DNA of 64,000 bases, taken from an uncultured Chloroflexia bacterium. Its GTDB lineage: Bacteria > Chloroflexota > Anaerolineae > CG2-30-64-16. A program made the position numbers and the translations under genes. Under the pieces are notes generated by a model that saw only the letters and a program-made list of their open reading frames with translations, was not told the DNA's origin and searched no databases. The stretch covers positions 576,001-640,000 of the forward strand of contig CAWEMM010000006.1 in the NCBI GenBank assembly GCA_963810095.1. The letters are read 5' to 3'. Each line of letters starts with the position of its first letter. Position 1 is the first letter of the stretch. This document shows, piece by piece, positions 53,334-64,000 of the stretch.

Positions 53334-55694
53334 TCACGGCGTCACCGTGAAATCCATAAGCGTTAGGGCGTCGCCACCGGTGGTGCCGCCTGTCCGGTCA
53401 CGCACCTCCAGCCGTTTGCCGGTGGCCGGATCGTACAGCACCAGCAGCAATTGGTATGCGCCCGGCGCCAAGCCCCGTGGTACAGACAGGCTGCGGCGTT
53501 CCTGCACCACGTCGCCGCCCTGCCAGCCGCTCGCCGGCTTGAAACCATTTCCGAGCGGTATGTCGACGGAGGCTAGCGACCTCACGCCCCCACCGGCCCG
53601 GTCGGGCCCCAGCAACTGCAATGAGGCCACGTAATCCGCGCCGGGCGCGACCAAGGCCTCCCAGGTCAAGTCGACCAGGAGCGCGTCGGGCGCCTTCGCC
53701 TCAGCGGTTCCGGCCGGCGTCTCCTGCACGTCGGACCGGCGCAGGCGGATCCTGTCGCCAAACAGGGCCGCATTTGCACCGCCCGAGACGACGGCGTGGC
53801 CCGAGGCGGGCGCAGGAAGCGCGTAGCGGCAGAGGCGCACCTGCGGCCCGGTCCAATCGCAGCGCTCCAGGTAGCCGGCCTGCCCCAGCCACTGCTCCAC
53901 GATGCTGTTGGGATCGCCGGGCGCGACCCGCGTCAGCACCAGCCACGCGCGGCGGCGGCCCGCCAGGTCGACCAGGTGCTGCTGCTGCCAGTCTACCTCG
54001 CGGGTCAACAAGTCCTCACGAGGGAGATCGATCCGGCGCGGGCAACCGGCGCGGCAGTAGTTTAGCATCGCCACGGCCGGAACATTCAAATCCTGCGTCC
54101 ACAGGTCGGTCACCAGAACGTCATCCGGGCCGGCCTCGGCGCGCACGATCGCAGCAGCGGCCGGATAGCCGAGGTCGGGCTGGTAGCGCGGGTCGGCCCA
54201 GACGCTGCGGACGGCGAGCAGGGCCACGGGCACCCAGACCAGGCAAACGGCCGCCGAGACCCAGACCGCGCTCGCACCGGGCTGCCTCCCGTCCGCGCGC
54301 CCCCGGCTCAGCGCCCACAACCAAGCGCCGGCGGCGGCGGTGCAGAGGACCAAACCCGCCAGGACGGCCCAACGCGCGCCACCCCCCGGCCCGCTGATCA
54401 GCCACGCGATGTCGACCCGACCGGCCTCCAGGTAACGCAGCAGTCCGGGGAGCGTCCACGCATCCCAGCGCCAGGTCAGTGCCGGGCCGGTCAGCCCGGC
54501 GGGGAAGAGCACATCGCGCACGTACTGGTTGAAGGGCGAGAGCACCCCCAGCAGTTGCACGAGCAGGCTCAGCCCCGCGATGACTGCTGCGAAGGCGAGG
54601 CCCGCCCGGCCCCAGCGTTCTCGCAGCCACTGCAGCCCAAAGGGCAGCGGCAGGCACAGCAGCGGCAGCAGCACGACGAGCTGCCGGGGCCCGAAGGCCC
54701 AATAGCCCCACCAGAAGGGGTTGGTCGTCGATAAAAGCACGTAGAAGACGCTGCCGCCGAGCGCCACGAAAGCGGTCTCGGGCGCCTGGCGGGTGAATGG
54801 TACGACCCCGAAAAAGGACAGCACGAGTACGGGCGAAAACAGCAGCAGCCCCCAGCCCGGGCTGATCCACAGCGCGACGAACGCCCCCAGGTCGGGCGTG
54901 CCCAGGGCATAGGCGGGCACGAGCCCGGCGAACACCGGGAGGCGCAGGATCGCAAGGGTCGCGAAGATCAGGACGCTGCCGCCGATCGCCACCCACGGAG
55001 CAGCCTGCCGTCCCCGCTCTGGCCCCAGCCGCCGCACCCCGCCCGCGGCCGCACCCACAACCAAAAACGGCGCAAATGCCAGCAGCGTCCCCTTGATGGC
55101 CACCCCGCAGGCGAAAGCAAACGCGCCCGTCAGGAGCGGCACCAGCGCCCACCGTCCGACCGGGACGCGCGCCCAGCGCACGACGCCGTAAACTGCCCCG
55201 AGCAGCGCCAGCCCGGCCGCAGGCTCGCGAAACAGGTAGTGGCTGTAGGGCCAGGACAGCGTCGCCAAGCCGAAGAGCAGCGCGGTTGCGAGGCGCAGGC
55301 GGCGTGAAAGGCCGAACTCGCCGAGGAACACGTACAGCAGCGCACCGGTGGCCGCAGCGATGACGCTCCCTGCCAGCGCCGCGCTCTGAAACGCGCCCGG
55401 GCCCGCCATCCCGCCCGGCGCCGCGGCCGACACGGCGTAGAACGGTGTGAGGAGCAGCGTGAAGAGCCGGCCGTGTGCCTGCAGCGCGGTCCAGTCGCCC
55501 GTCACCGCGGCATGCGCACCCGCGAGATAGAACCATTCGTCGGGGCTGTGGGGCACGCCGCTGTAGGTGAGCAGGTAGACAGCGGCGAGGAAACCGGCCA
55601 GGGCCAAGGCGACGGCAAGGTCCGACCTTCGCTCCAAACCGCGCCCATCACCGGGCCCGAACTTAACGGCTTCTTGGGCCACGGGCGCGGTCAT
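53334..55694 (-). CDS. GT-C-like membrane glycosyltransferase with C-terminal beta domain
   Basis: HSPDE, GLATLSWPYSHYLFREP, SPGWGLLLFSP, WWGYWAFGPRQL; start taken at ATG 55694. Confidence 0.78.
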   Translation of the reverse strand: MTAPVAQEAVKFGPGDGRGLERRSDLAVALALAGFLAAVYLLTYSGVPHSPDEWFYLAGAHAAVTGDWTALQAHGRLFTLLLTPFYAVSAAAPGGMAGPGAFQSAALAGSVIAAATGALLYVFLGEFGLSRRLRLATALLFGLATLSWPYSHYLFREPAAGLALLGAVYGVVRWARVPVGRWALVPLLTGAFAFACGVAIKGTLLAFAPFLVVGAAAGGVRRLGPERGRQAAPWVAIGGSVLIFATLAILRLPVFAGLVPAYALGTPDLGAFVALWISPGWGLLLFSPVLVLSFFGVVPFTRQAPETAFVALGGSVFYVLLSTTNPFWWGYWAFGPRQLVVLLPLLCLPLPFGLQWLRERWGRAGLAFAAVIAGLSLLVQLLGVLSPFNQYVRDVLFPAGLTGPALTWRWDAWTLPGLLRYLEAGRVDIAWLISGPGGGARWAVLAGLVLCTAAAGAWLWALSRGRADGRQPGASAVWVSAAVCLVWVPVALLAVRSVWADPRYQPDLGYPAAAAIVRAEAGPDDVLVTDLWTQDLNVPAVAMLNYCRAGCPRRIDLPREDLLTREVDWQQQHLVDLAGRRRAWLVLTRVAPGDPNSIVEQWLGQAGYLERCDWTGPQVRLCRYALPAPASGHAVVSGGANAALFGDRIRLRRSDVQETPAGTAEAKAPDALLVDLTWEALVAPGADYVASLQLLGPDRAGGGVRSLASVDIPLGNGFKPASGWQGGDVVQERRSLSVPRGLAPGAYQLLLVLYDPATGKRLEVRDRTGGTTGGDALTLMDFTVTP

Positions 55695-56069
55695 GACGGG
55701 ATTGATGCGCAAAGGAGGATGGCGTCGCCATGGATGGCGAGGTGCGCCCGGATAACAAACAAACAGCGCATGAACTGCTGCCTCAGATGGTCCCTTCGTA
55801 GGTGTTGGTGCTGCCAGAGAGCGGGGCGCAGAGGTCGGGCGAGGACGCAGGCTCGCTCGCGGCGCCGGAAGAGCCCGCATGAGCCACCCCTGGTGCGCCT
55901 CCGCCCTTCATTATACGCGCAACAGGTCATGCGGGGTAATCGCTGACACCACGTGAGACGGCGCAGCGGGTGCTCGAACGGCTACACAGGTGCAGGCGTG
56001 CACCCCGCGCTTGCTCGCGTCCGGTCGTTCGGCACGTCACGGGTTGCCGCGCACCCGTGCCCGGCCGGG

Positions 56070-57879
56070 TCAACGGGGGAGCGTCAGCATCTGCCCCTCG
56101 GGCAGCCCGGCAACGGGCAACCACGGCCCCTCGGGAAAGCTCCGCAGCCCCACCTGCACGGCGGCCGCCGCCGCCAGAACGCCTTCAGGAACGCGGTACG
56201 TGTCGGCCACGATCCGGCCAGGGGGCCACCGGTCCGTGCTGAAACGGCCCGCGCCCGGCGACCGCTTCCATTCCCACAGTACCGAGCCGTCTGCGCCCAG
56301 CACCCGCAGGTCTGTCCGCAGATCGTCAGGTGTCTTGTCGGCCGCCCGCCAGTACAAAGTCAGTTCGCCCCTGCCAGGCTGATCCCACCCGGCCCCGACG
56401 AGCTCGAGCGGACCGACGCGCTGTGCAACCTGCACTGCCGCCGCCACCTGGTCGGCGGGTGGTTCGGAGGGCGGCGCATAAGGCCCGATCAGGCCCCCGT
56501 ACAGCGCGGCGACGGCCACCAACACCATGAAGCCGGCAAAGGCCACGCTCGCGCCGCGGCGGCTGCGCGACGGGGGCCAAGCCGAGAGGCCGGCATAGAT
56601 CAGCAGCGCCAGGGGCGCAAGCGCGGGAAACAGCAAGCGGCCCTGGTCCGTGCCGAGTGCCGTCTGGCTGTAAGAATAGATGCCCGCGGCCGTAACCACC
56701 GGCGCGCCCAGAAGGAGCACCCAGCCACCCACACGGGGCGCACCCACCGTGTCGTCCCGGTCGCGGCGGGCGATCCACAGCAGCCAGCCGGATACGGCCG
56801 CCAACCCTACAATGGCCCAAAGCACGTAGAACCAGGTAGGCAACGGGATGTGCCCCGCGCCGCCAAACTTGCCCCAGAAGCTAAGCCACCAGCCGCGCAG
56901 GAGCTGGACACTGCCCGCCAACGCCCAGTGGCCCCGCGCGCCGGTCGATTGTCGCCAGGACGAGCGGCCAGCCGAAGAAGTCGCCGTAGAGACGCTGGTT
57001 ACGCCAGAGCCATGGCGCAGCCACCAGCAGCGCCGCAGCACCAGCCACAGCAATCCGCAGCGCGGCCACGCCGAGCGCGCGCCACGCCGGTGACTCCTGC
57101 CCACGCTGGTGCGCACGATCCTGCCACGCCCCCGCTAGCACGGCAGCCGAGACGACAAGCGCGAGCGAGCCCGTGCTGGCCTTAGTCACGAATGCCAGCC
57201 CGAGGCACAAGCCCGCCAGAAGGGCCAGGCCGAGCGGGCGCATCCACCCGCCGCGCTCGGCCGCAGGCCGGACAACCAGCCGCGCCGTGAACAACAGCGC
57301 CAGGGTCGACCACATGGCCGCCAGCATGTCGTTGCTCATCGCCCCACCGATGAACAACGACTCGGGCAGGAACGCGGCGAACGCGGCGCCGCCAAGGGCA
57401 ATGTCGGGCCTCCGCGGCCACAGGGCCCGCCCAAGCAGGTAGGTGGCAAGAACGAAGACCAACCCCGCGAGGATGGACACAAACCGTCCCGCATACAGGG
57501 TCAGCACTCCGCCGCGCCAGGGGCGTTCTTCTAGGGACGTGTGGACGAAGAAGTTCGATGCGAGGGCGCCGGCGCCGAAAGCCATGTCGGGATTCGCGCG
57601 AAGGAAGCTGGGGTCGGCGGTGCCGCCCGCCGCCCGCGCCGCCGCAGCAGCCGCCAGGTAATAGAGCGGGGGATGCTTGGCCTGGGTAATCGCGGGATCG
57701 GCCGGCAGCCGTCCTTCGGCCAGAATATACGCGGCATAGGCGAAATGGTCCGCCTCGTCCGGCGCTTCGCCAAGCGGCATCGCGAGCGTATAGGCAATTC
57801 CCAGCCCGGCGCGCAGCAGCAGGAGGACAGCCAGCAAAAAAAGCTCGTGTTTCCTGATGCCCGGTCGACGTTCGCTCAT
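56070..57879 (-). CDS. GT-C-like (DUF2142/GT39-like) glycosyltransferase, frameshift(s) near 56930-57110
   Basis: EAPDEADH, KHPPLYY, MSNDMLA, TKAS (ORF 56881..58515); SFWGKFG, QGRLLFP and C-terminal beta domain (ORF 56070..57116). Confidence 0.8.
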
Positions 57880-57896
57880 GCTTCGCGGTCCACCGC

Positions 57897-59102
57897 TTAC
57901 ACGTTGACCCCGAGACCCCGATAGGCCAGGAGGTGACCCTGCGCAATCGTCTCCCACTCGAACTGCCGGGAGAGCACCGCGGCTTTCGCGGCCAACAGCG
58001 AACGCAGCGCAGCGCCATTCATCAGGTGGATCACGGCGTCGGCCATGCGGACGGGACTCCCAGGCGGGGTCAACAGGGCGTTGACGCCATCCTCGAGCAT
58101 GGGGAACTGGCGCATCGCTTCGGCCGGGCAGCCGGTCAACGCCGTGCTGACGATGGGCAAGCCGTGGGCGAGTGCAGCCATCAGGCTCCCGTGGCGCAGG
58201 GACGCGCCCTCGCGGTAAGGCAGCACTGCGCAGTCGGCGGCCAGCAGATTGGCGGTCACCTCCTCGGATGAGGTGAACCCCGTCCAGTGTACCCGGCCTG
58301 TGAGGCCGAGCTCGCCGATCAGGCCTTCGACCTTTTGCAGGTAGGCCAGGTTCGTCGGATCGCTCGACCCAACCTTGCCGCCGACCATCAGGAGATGCGC
58401 CGGCGCGCGGCGGCGTACCAGCTCGGCCAGGGTCTCGATGAGAACCTCGCCACCCTTGTTGGCATTCAGAAAGCCGAAGTAGGCCAGGAGCCACGTGTTG
58501 GCATCTGCGCCCCATTTCGCACGCTGCGCGGCCCGGTCATAACCCGGCGTCACCTCGCAGCGAATGTTACTGCCAATCGGGATGGCCCGGAGCTTGTCGC
58601 GCAGACCCGCGTCGCTGAGCCGCGCCCAGTCGGCGGGGTTCGTCACGACCGCAGCGTCGGCGTCTCTGGCCAGCCGGAGCACGGACTGCCAGCGCAAGGG
58701 CCCGGCCTTCGGGAACAGGTACGGGAACTTCAAATCGTGGAACGTGACGACAAAGGGCAGATGTTTGTGCAACAGGCGCACGCGCGCCGGCAGCAGGTTT
58801 ACCGCAGGGTGCAAGCCATAGGCGGCAGACTGGTATTGGATGTGGACCACATCCGGCTGCACTTCGTCGATCATCCGGTGAACGTGCCGCCAGAGATTCC
58901 ACCCTCGACGCTCGAGCCGGGGATAAACGGTCGGCTCGTATGCCGCTGCGGGCGCGCGGAGATGGTCGGCGCCCGCATCTGCGTGTGTCAGCACGTGGAC
59001 GTCGACGCCTAATAGCCCCATGGCCTGGCCGAGGCGGCGCGTATAATCGCCGACTCCGCCCTGCATGGCCGGGTACTCACCTGAAACAAATAGAACGCGC
59101 AT
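57897..59102 (-). CDS. Glycosyltransferase family 4
   Basis: EYPAMQGGVGDYT, DVVHIQY, TFHD, YFGFLNANKG, GSLMAALAHGLPIV. Confidence 0.93.
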   Translation of the reverse strand: MRVLFVSGEYPAMQGGVGDYTRRLGQAMGLLGVDVHVLTHADAGADHLRAPAAAYEPTVYPRLERRGWNLWRHVHRMIDEVQPDVVHIQYQSAAYGLHPAVNLLPARVRLLHKHLPFVVTFHDLKFPYLFPKAGPLRWQSVLRLARDADAAVVTNPADWARLSDAGLRDKLRAIPIGSNIRCEVTPGYDRAAQRAKWGADANTWLLAYFGFLNANKGGEVLIETLAELVRRRAPAHLLMVGGKVGSSDPTNLAYLQKVEGLIGELGLTGRVHWTGFTSSEEVTANLLAADCAVLPYREGASLRHGSLMAALAHGLPIVSTALTGCPAEAMRQFPMLEDGVNALLTPPGSPVRMADAVIHLMNGAALRSLLAAKAAVLSRQFEWETIAQGHLLAYRGLGVNV

Positions 59103-59200
59103 AATGACCTACTTCAAACTTGCCTTTTCTTTAAGGGTCAGAGCATTCTCTGCCCCGCTACGAGCGGCCCCGCTCGCAGCGGCCCGGCTCATGCTGCCGA

Positions 59201-60124
59201 TCAGGCCAGGCCCGAACGGAGCAACTGCGAGTACGCACTGAGACGGGCCCGCCGCATCGGCCGCTGCGAACCCAAAATATACTTGCCTGCCTCCAGGCAC
59301 CATTCGACGGCGAACATCGCCAGGAGTGCCAGGCGAAGGATCCCGGCCTGGAAACGGCCGTGATGCTTCCGAAAATACCGCACCTTGCTGCGGTTGAAGC
59401 GGATGTGCCGGGCCCCTGCGGCCTGCTCCGACGACTTGCCCTCGTAATGGGTGATCACCGCTTCGGGGAGGTAGACCACCTGCCAGCCGGCCTGCTTGAC
59501 GCGCCGCTGCCAGTCAAGCTCTTCCGAATACATGAAGAAGCCTTCGTCGAACCCGCCCACCTGCGCCAGCACCTCGCGCCGGGTCAGCAGCGCGGCGCCC
59601 ACCAGCCAGTCGACCTCCTGGGTCGCGTCAGGTGCGACGTCGTCCAGATGATAGCGCTGCGCCCACGGGTTGCGCTGGGGCGGCAGCCGCCATGCCAGTG
59701 GCGTGCTCTCGAAGATCCCGGTTGCCAGCGTTGGAAAGCGGCGTCGTGAGGACTGCAGCGAGCCGTCGCCGTAGAGCAGCCGGGGCCCGACGACGCCAAC
59801 GCCGGGGTGAGCATCGAGATACCCCAGCATGTAGTCGAGCGAGCCGTCCGAGACGACGGTGTCCGGATTGAGGAAAAAGACGAAAGGACGGCTCGCGACG
59901 GCCAACCCATCGTTGTTGCCGCCCGTGAAGCCGCGGTTGTCCCGATTCGTCACCAAGCGAACGTGCGGAAAAGCCTCGGCCACCATCGCCGCACTGCCAT
60001 CCGCAGACGCATTGTCCACCACGATGATCTCAGCATCGCGTGGCAAAGACGCCAGGCACGCCCGCAGCAGTTCGCGCACGTTCCAGCTTACGACGATGAT
60101 GGACACCTGAGAGAGATCGGCCAT
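59201..60124 (-). CDS. Glycosyltransferase family 2 (WbbL/rhamnosyltransferase-like)
   Basis: IIVVSWN, VVDNASADGS, NRGFTGGNN, LNPDT, GGFDEGFFMYSEELD. Confidence 0.93.
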   Translation of the reverse strand: MADLSQVSIIVVSWNVRELLRACLASLPRDAEIIVVDNASADGSAAMVAEAFPHVRLVTNRDNRGFTGGNNDGLAVASRPFVFFLNPDTVVSDGSLDYMLGYLDAHPGVGVVGPRLLYGDGSLQSSRRRFPTLATGIFESTPLAWRLPPQRNPWAQRYHLDDVAPDATQEVDWLVGAALLTRREVLAQVGGFDEGFFMYSEELDWQRRVKQAGWQVVYLPEAVITHYEGKSSEQAAGARHIRFNRSKVRYFRKHHGRFQAGILRLALLAMFAVEWCLEAGKYILGSQRPMRRARLSAYSQLLRSGLA

Positions 60125-60143
60125 GTGAGGGAACGAGTTCTAT

Positions 60144-60204
60144 CACAAAGGCACAAAGACACCACCGAGCGACGAGAAGGTCCTTGTGCCGTCGTGTCTT
60201 TGTG
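60144..60204. repeat. ACCACAAAGACAC-type palindromic repeat, degenerate copy
   Basis: CACAAAGGCACAAAGACAC...GTGCCGTCGTGTCTTTGTG. Confidence 0.7.
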
Positions 60205-60208
60205 TTGG

Positions 60209-61183
60209 CTAAACGTGCCTCGAGACGACGAAGTCGGCCAATTCCTCCAGGGCCCGGCGATAGCGGCCCTCTGGGAAGATCGCCAGGTGACCTTTGGCCC
60301 GAGCGGCGAAGTCCTGGGCCTCAGCCGCCGCCTGGCGCATGGCGTCCGACTTCCGCACCTGCGCGATAATCTCGCCAACCGACTCGCCCGACCCATTGCT
60401 GCTGTCCAGCGCTGCCAGCACACGCTGGGGCTCGGCGTGGTTCTGCAGGAAGTAGAAGAACGGCAGCGTCACGATCCCCTGCCGCAGGTCGCCGCCCACC
60501 GGCTTCCCCAGCGTGGCCTCTTCGCCGGTGTAGTCCAGGATGTCGTCCACGATCTGGAAAGCCATACCCAGGTCTTTCCCGTAATCGTAGAGTGCCTGCA
60601 CCTGTTCTTCACCGGCGCCGGCCAGGATGGCGCCCGACTTGGTGGCCGAAGCAAACAGCGAGGCGGTTTTGGCGAAGATGCGGGGATAATAGGCCGCCTG
60701 GGGCTGGTCCCACTGCTTGCTCGAGAAAAGCTGGCGCAACTCACCCTCGACAATAATGCGCAGGGTGTCGGCGAAGAGCTGCACGACGGGCACATTCTCC
60801 GTTTCCGCAGCGAAGGCGGCAGCCCGTGCGAACAGGTAATCGCCCGCCAGGACGGTTGCGCCTTTGTTCCACTGCGCGTTAAGCGTGGTCATGCCCCGGC
60901 GCACCAGTGCGTTGTCGATCAGATCGTCGTGCACCAGCGTCGCGTTATGAAGCATTTCGACGGCTGCGCCAACGGCCACGGCCTTTTCCGAGGCCGGCTC
61001 GACGAAGAGATTGTACGCCGCCAGCGCAAGCGCGGGCCGCAGGCGCTTGCCGCCGCTGCCCAGGAGTTGCAGGAAAGCCTCGGCCAAGGGCGCGTACGCA
61101 CCCGTGGCGATGCCGCGCATCTTCTGCTCGACCCGCTCCAGGTCAGCCTGCACCAGGCTCAACAAAGTAACTTCTTTGATCAT
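60209..61183 (-). CDS. Trans-polyprenyl diphosphate synthase
   Basis: GGKRLRP, LVHDDLID..RRG, KTASLF, FQIVDDILD, GKPVGGDL. Confidence 0.95.
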   Translation of the reverse strand: MIKEVTLLSLVQADLERVEQKMRGIATGAYAPLAEAFLQLLGSGGKRLRPALALAAYNLFVEPASEKAVAVGAAVEMLHNATLVHDDLIDNALVRRGMTTLNAQWNKGATVLAGDYLFARAAAFAAETENVPVVQLFADTLRIIVEGELRQLFSSKQWDQPQAAYYPRIFAKTASLFASATKSGAILAGAGEEQVQALYDYGKDLGMAFQIVDDILDYTGEEATLGKPVGGDLRQGIVTLPFFYFLQNHAEPQRVLAALDSSNGSGESVGEIIAQVRKSDAMRQAAAEAQDFAARAKGHLAIFPEGRYRRALEELADFVVSRHV

Positions 61184-61185
61184 GT

Positions 61186-61995
61186 CTAGTCCAACGTAAA
61201 ACAGCGCCTCGCCGTTGCCGTCGTCTGCGCAGCTATCTCGTCCAACGTCTTTCCCCTCAACCGCGCCAACGCCTCGGCGGCCAGGGGCAAATAAGCAGGC
61301 TCATTGCGCTGCCCCCGGTACGGATGCGGCGCAAGGTAGGGTGCGTCCGTTTCCAAAATCAAGCGTTCAAGGTCCAGGTCAGGCACCAGGGCATGCAACC
61401 GCCGGGCGTTCTGAAAGGTGACCGGCCCGCCCAGGCCCAGAACCAGGCCCAAGTCGTAGGCCCGCTGCGCCTGCTCGAGCGTGCCGCCGAACGCGTGCCA
61501 CACCCCTACAATACCACTTTTCGCCCGAAAACTCGGTATCTCAGACACCCATTGTGATATTAGATACAGAAGGTCTTCCGTGCACGCCCCGTCGCCGTCC
61601 TTTGCATTGCGGGTATGCAGGATGACCGGCAGGCCCAGATCGGCCGCCAGCGAGAGCTGCCCCAGCAGCGCCCGCTTCTGCTGCTCGTGGTCCACCTTTT
61701 CCCAATAATAGTCCAGCCCGATTTCGCCGACGGCGACCACTTTCGGCTGCTGCGCCAGCTCCCGTAATTGTGCCAGTGCGTCGTCGTCGAAGCCGGCGCA
61801 GTCGTTCGGGTGGACCCCGAGCGCCGCATACACGTGTTCGTGACGCCCCGCCAGGTCCAACACCCGGCGGCACGAGTCCAGGTCAATGGCCGGATTGATG
61901 AGCCGGGTCACGCCTGCAGCAGTCGCCCGCTCGATGACCTGTTCGCGATCCTCGTCATACTGGCGCAGGTCCAGGTGACAGTGCGTGTCGACGAT
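61186..61995 (-). CDS. tatD: TatD-family deoxyribonuclease, start codon unclear
   Basis: In-frame IVDTHCHLD upstream of the ORF-track start; GVHP, GEIGLDYY, HTR, LETDAPYLAP..RNEP. Confidence 0.9.
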   Translation of the reverse strand: MVDTHCHLDLRQYDEDREQVIERATAAGVTRLINPAIDLDSCRRVLDLAGRHEHVYAALGVHPNDCAGFDDDALAQLRELAQQPKVVAVGEIGLDYYWEKVDHEQQKRALLGQLSLAADLGLPVILHTRNAKDGDGACTEDLLYLISQWVSEIPSFRAKSGIVGVWHAFGGTLEQAQRAYDLGLVLGLGGPVTFQNARRLHALVPDLDLERLILETDAPYLAPHPYRGQRNEPAYLPLAAEALARLRGKTLDEIAAQTTATARRCFTLD

Positions 61996-62031
61996 GCTCG
62001 GGAGCCGGGTTTCTTCGAGAGCACGGATTTC

Positions 62032-63465
62032 TCACCCAATCCCGGCGACCTTCATCCCGTCAGCCAGGATTGCCGGCACCTTGTCGCCGTGAACCGTCTC
62101 GCAGTAGACCCGGATCAGTGGCTCGGTGCCCGAGAAACGGATCAACAGCCAGCCGCCGTCTTCCAGGTCAAACTTGTAGCCGTCCGTCGTGTCCTTGCCC
62201 GTCACTCGCAGCCCACCGATGCTCTCGGGCATGGCCGTATCGAGCTTTACGCGCGCGGCCTGCTTCATCTCATTATCGCGCAGACGCGTGTCGATGCGGT
62301 CATAGTAATGCGGCCCGCCCACCATGTCGAATAGGCGAGTGAGCAGCTGGGTCGGCTTCATGGCCGTGCGGCACATCATGTCGAGCAGGTACAGGTTCGC
62401 GAGGATGCCGTCGCGCTCGGGCACGTGGCCGCGGAAAGCGTAGCCGCCGCTCTCCTCGCCGCCGATCAGGCCGTCATACTTGATCATGGCGGGCGCCACA
62501 TATTTGAACCCCACCCCGGTGTGCACCACCGGCACGCCGAACTTCTGGCCCAGCTTGTCCAGCATGGCCGTGGTGCTCAACGTCTTGACGATGGTGCCGC
62601 GCTCGCCCCGGATGTCGAGCAAGTACATGGCGAGCAGGCCGTAGACCCGCAGTTGGTCCACAAACTGCCCGTTCTCGTCGCCCAGGCCGCAGCGGTCTGC
62701 GTCGCCGTCGAGGATGCACACGACGTCTGCCCCTAGCTCACGCGCCTTGGCCAGGCCCGCGTCGACGTTCGGCGGGATCGGCTCGGGCCGCTTCATCTCG
62801 GGAAAGATCGGGTTGCGCTCCGCGTGATACTCGATCACCTGCGTCTTGCCGCCGGCGATGAAGCGTGAAATAAACCCCGCGCCGTTGCCCCACATGTTAT
62901 CGACCAGCACGGTGAAGCCCGCGTTCTTGATCGTCTCCACGTCGACCAGCGACCGGATGCGGGCATCGTACGCGGGCACCGGGTCGTACGGCTTGATCAG
63001 CCCGGCCTTCTCGCCTTCGTCGAAGCGCATCCGTTTCACGCCGGCCATGTTCGGCGGGATGCGCGCCTCAATCGCCTTGAGTCCATCCGGGTCAATCGCG
63101 CCGCCGTTCGGGTCGCGCACCTTGAAGCCGTTGTCAGTAGGCGGGTTGTGGCTGGCGGTGATGTTGACGGCGCCGAGCGCCTTCGCGTGGGTGACGCCGA
63201 ACGAAATAACCGGCGTTGGAACGCCGCCGCCCGCGAAATGTACCGGCACACCGTTCGCAGCCAGCACCTCGGCGGCCGCCGCCGCGAAGTGTTCGGACAG
63301 GAACCGCTTGTCCCCACCGACCACCACGCCCCGGCCGACCTCGTTCGGATAGGTTGCCTTGATGTAGTCCGCGAAGCCCTGGCTGCACCGCCGCACGTTA
63401 TCGAACGTGTAATCTTCGGCAATGTTGCCCCGCCAGCCGTCCGTCCCGAAGATGATGTCGCTCAC
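62032..63465 (-). CDS. Phosphoglucomutase/phosphomannomutase
   Basis: [33 protein letters not shown]. Confidence 0.96.
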   Translation of the reverse strand: MSDIIFGTDGWRGNIAEDYTFDNVRRCSQGFADYIKATYPNEVGRGVVVGGDKRFLSEHFAAAAAEVLAANGVPVHFAGGGVPTPVISFGVTHAKALGAVNITASHNPPTDNGFKVRDPNGGAIDPDGLKAIEARIPPNMAGVKRMRFDEGEKAGLIKPYDPVPAYDARIRSLVDVETIKNAGFTVLVDNMWGNGAGFISRFIAGGKTQVIEYHAERNPIFPEMKRPEPIPPNVDAGLAKARELGADVVCILDGDADRCGLGDENGQFVDQLRVYGLLAMYLLDIRGERGTIVKTLSTTAMLDKLGQKFGVPVVHTGVGFKYVAPAMIKYDGLIGGEESGGYAFRGHVPERDGILANLYLLDMMCRTAMKPTQLLTRLFDMVGGPHYYDRIDTRLRDNEMKQAARVKLDTAMPESIGGLRVTGKDTTDGYKFDLEDGGWLLIRFSGTEPLIRVYCETVHGDKVPAILADGMKVAGIG

Positions 63466-63487
63466 TTACTCACTCCCGTGGGGGGTC

Positions 63488-63534
63488 AGGGGTGTGGGGT
63501 GCGGGCGCCTTTGGCGCCCGCACCCCACACCCCT
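63488..63534. repeat. Perfect 22-bp inverted repeat with 3-nt loop
   Basis: AGGGGTGTGGGGTGCGGGCGCC-TTT-GGCGCCCGCACCCCACACCCCT. Confidence 0.9.
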
Positions 63535-63539
63535 AACGA

Positions 63540-64000
<461 letters not shown>

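Noticed and set aside
55695-56069. Riboswitch or ncRNA in a 375-bp intergenic gap
   Set aside because: Only a minus-strand TATAAT near 55910 was recognisable; no convincing match to RNA motifs I know. An Rfam scan would settle it

Overview
GC-rich bacterial chromosome segment. Gene content suggests Chloroflexota (Anaerolineae/Caldilineae-like); this is inferred from gene families and repeat types, not from a marker gene. I saw no rRNA, tRNA, CRISPR array, integrase or transposase. (1) 1-16.5 kb, minus strand: a respiratory supercluster with SURF1, an A2-type caa3 oxidase, a YtkA/polyferredoxin accessory module, an alternative complex III/Qrc-like operon (split ActB, no ActF, extra diheme cytochrome c) and rrf2-cydA behind a promoter overlapped by a Rex-like site. 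(2) 17-32 kb: two-component system, two AI-2E transporters, CsbD, secreted M4 peptidase, methyltransferase, M14 peptidase, GT-C glycosyltransferase and GNAT. (3) 32-39 kb: DUF151-dnaB-dnaD-like-double-AAA+ DnaC-like replication operon, an 18-bp tandem array, and CIRCE-controlled groES-groEL. (4) 39-46 kb: acyltransferase, small hydrolases and a STAS/RsbW/GAF-PP2C partner-switch module. (5) 46-64 kb, minus strand: a surface-glycan locus (gmd, PMM, TatD, polyprenyl synthase, GT2, GT4, four GT-C-like membrane proteins sharing a repeated C-terminal domain, O-antigen-ligase-like protein). About ten genes carry apparent 1-2 nt frameshifts, most likely sequencing errors. Several families of short palindromic intergenic repeats are present. 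The best candidates for under-described systems are the GT-C glycosylation locus, the tandem helicase loader operon and the ACIII/Qrc intermediate with its adjacent accessory module.
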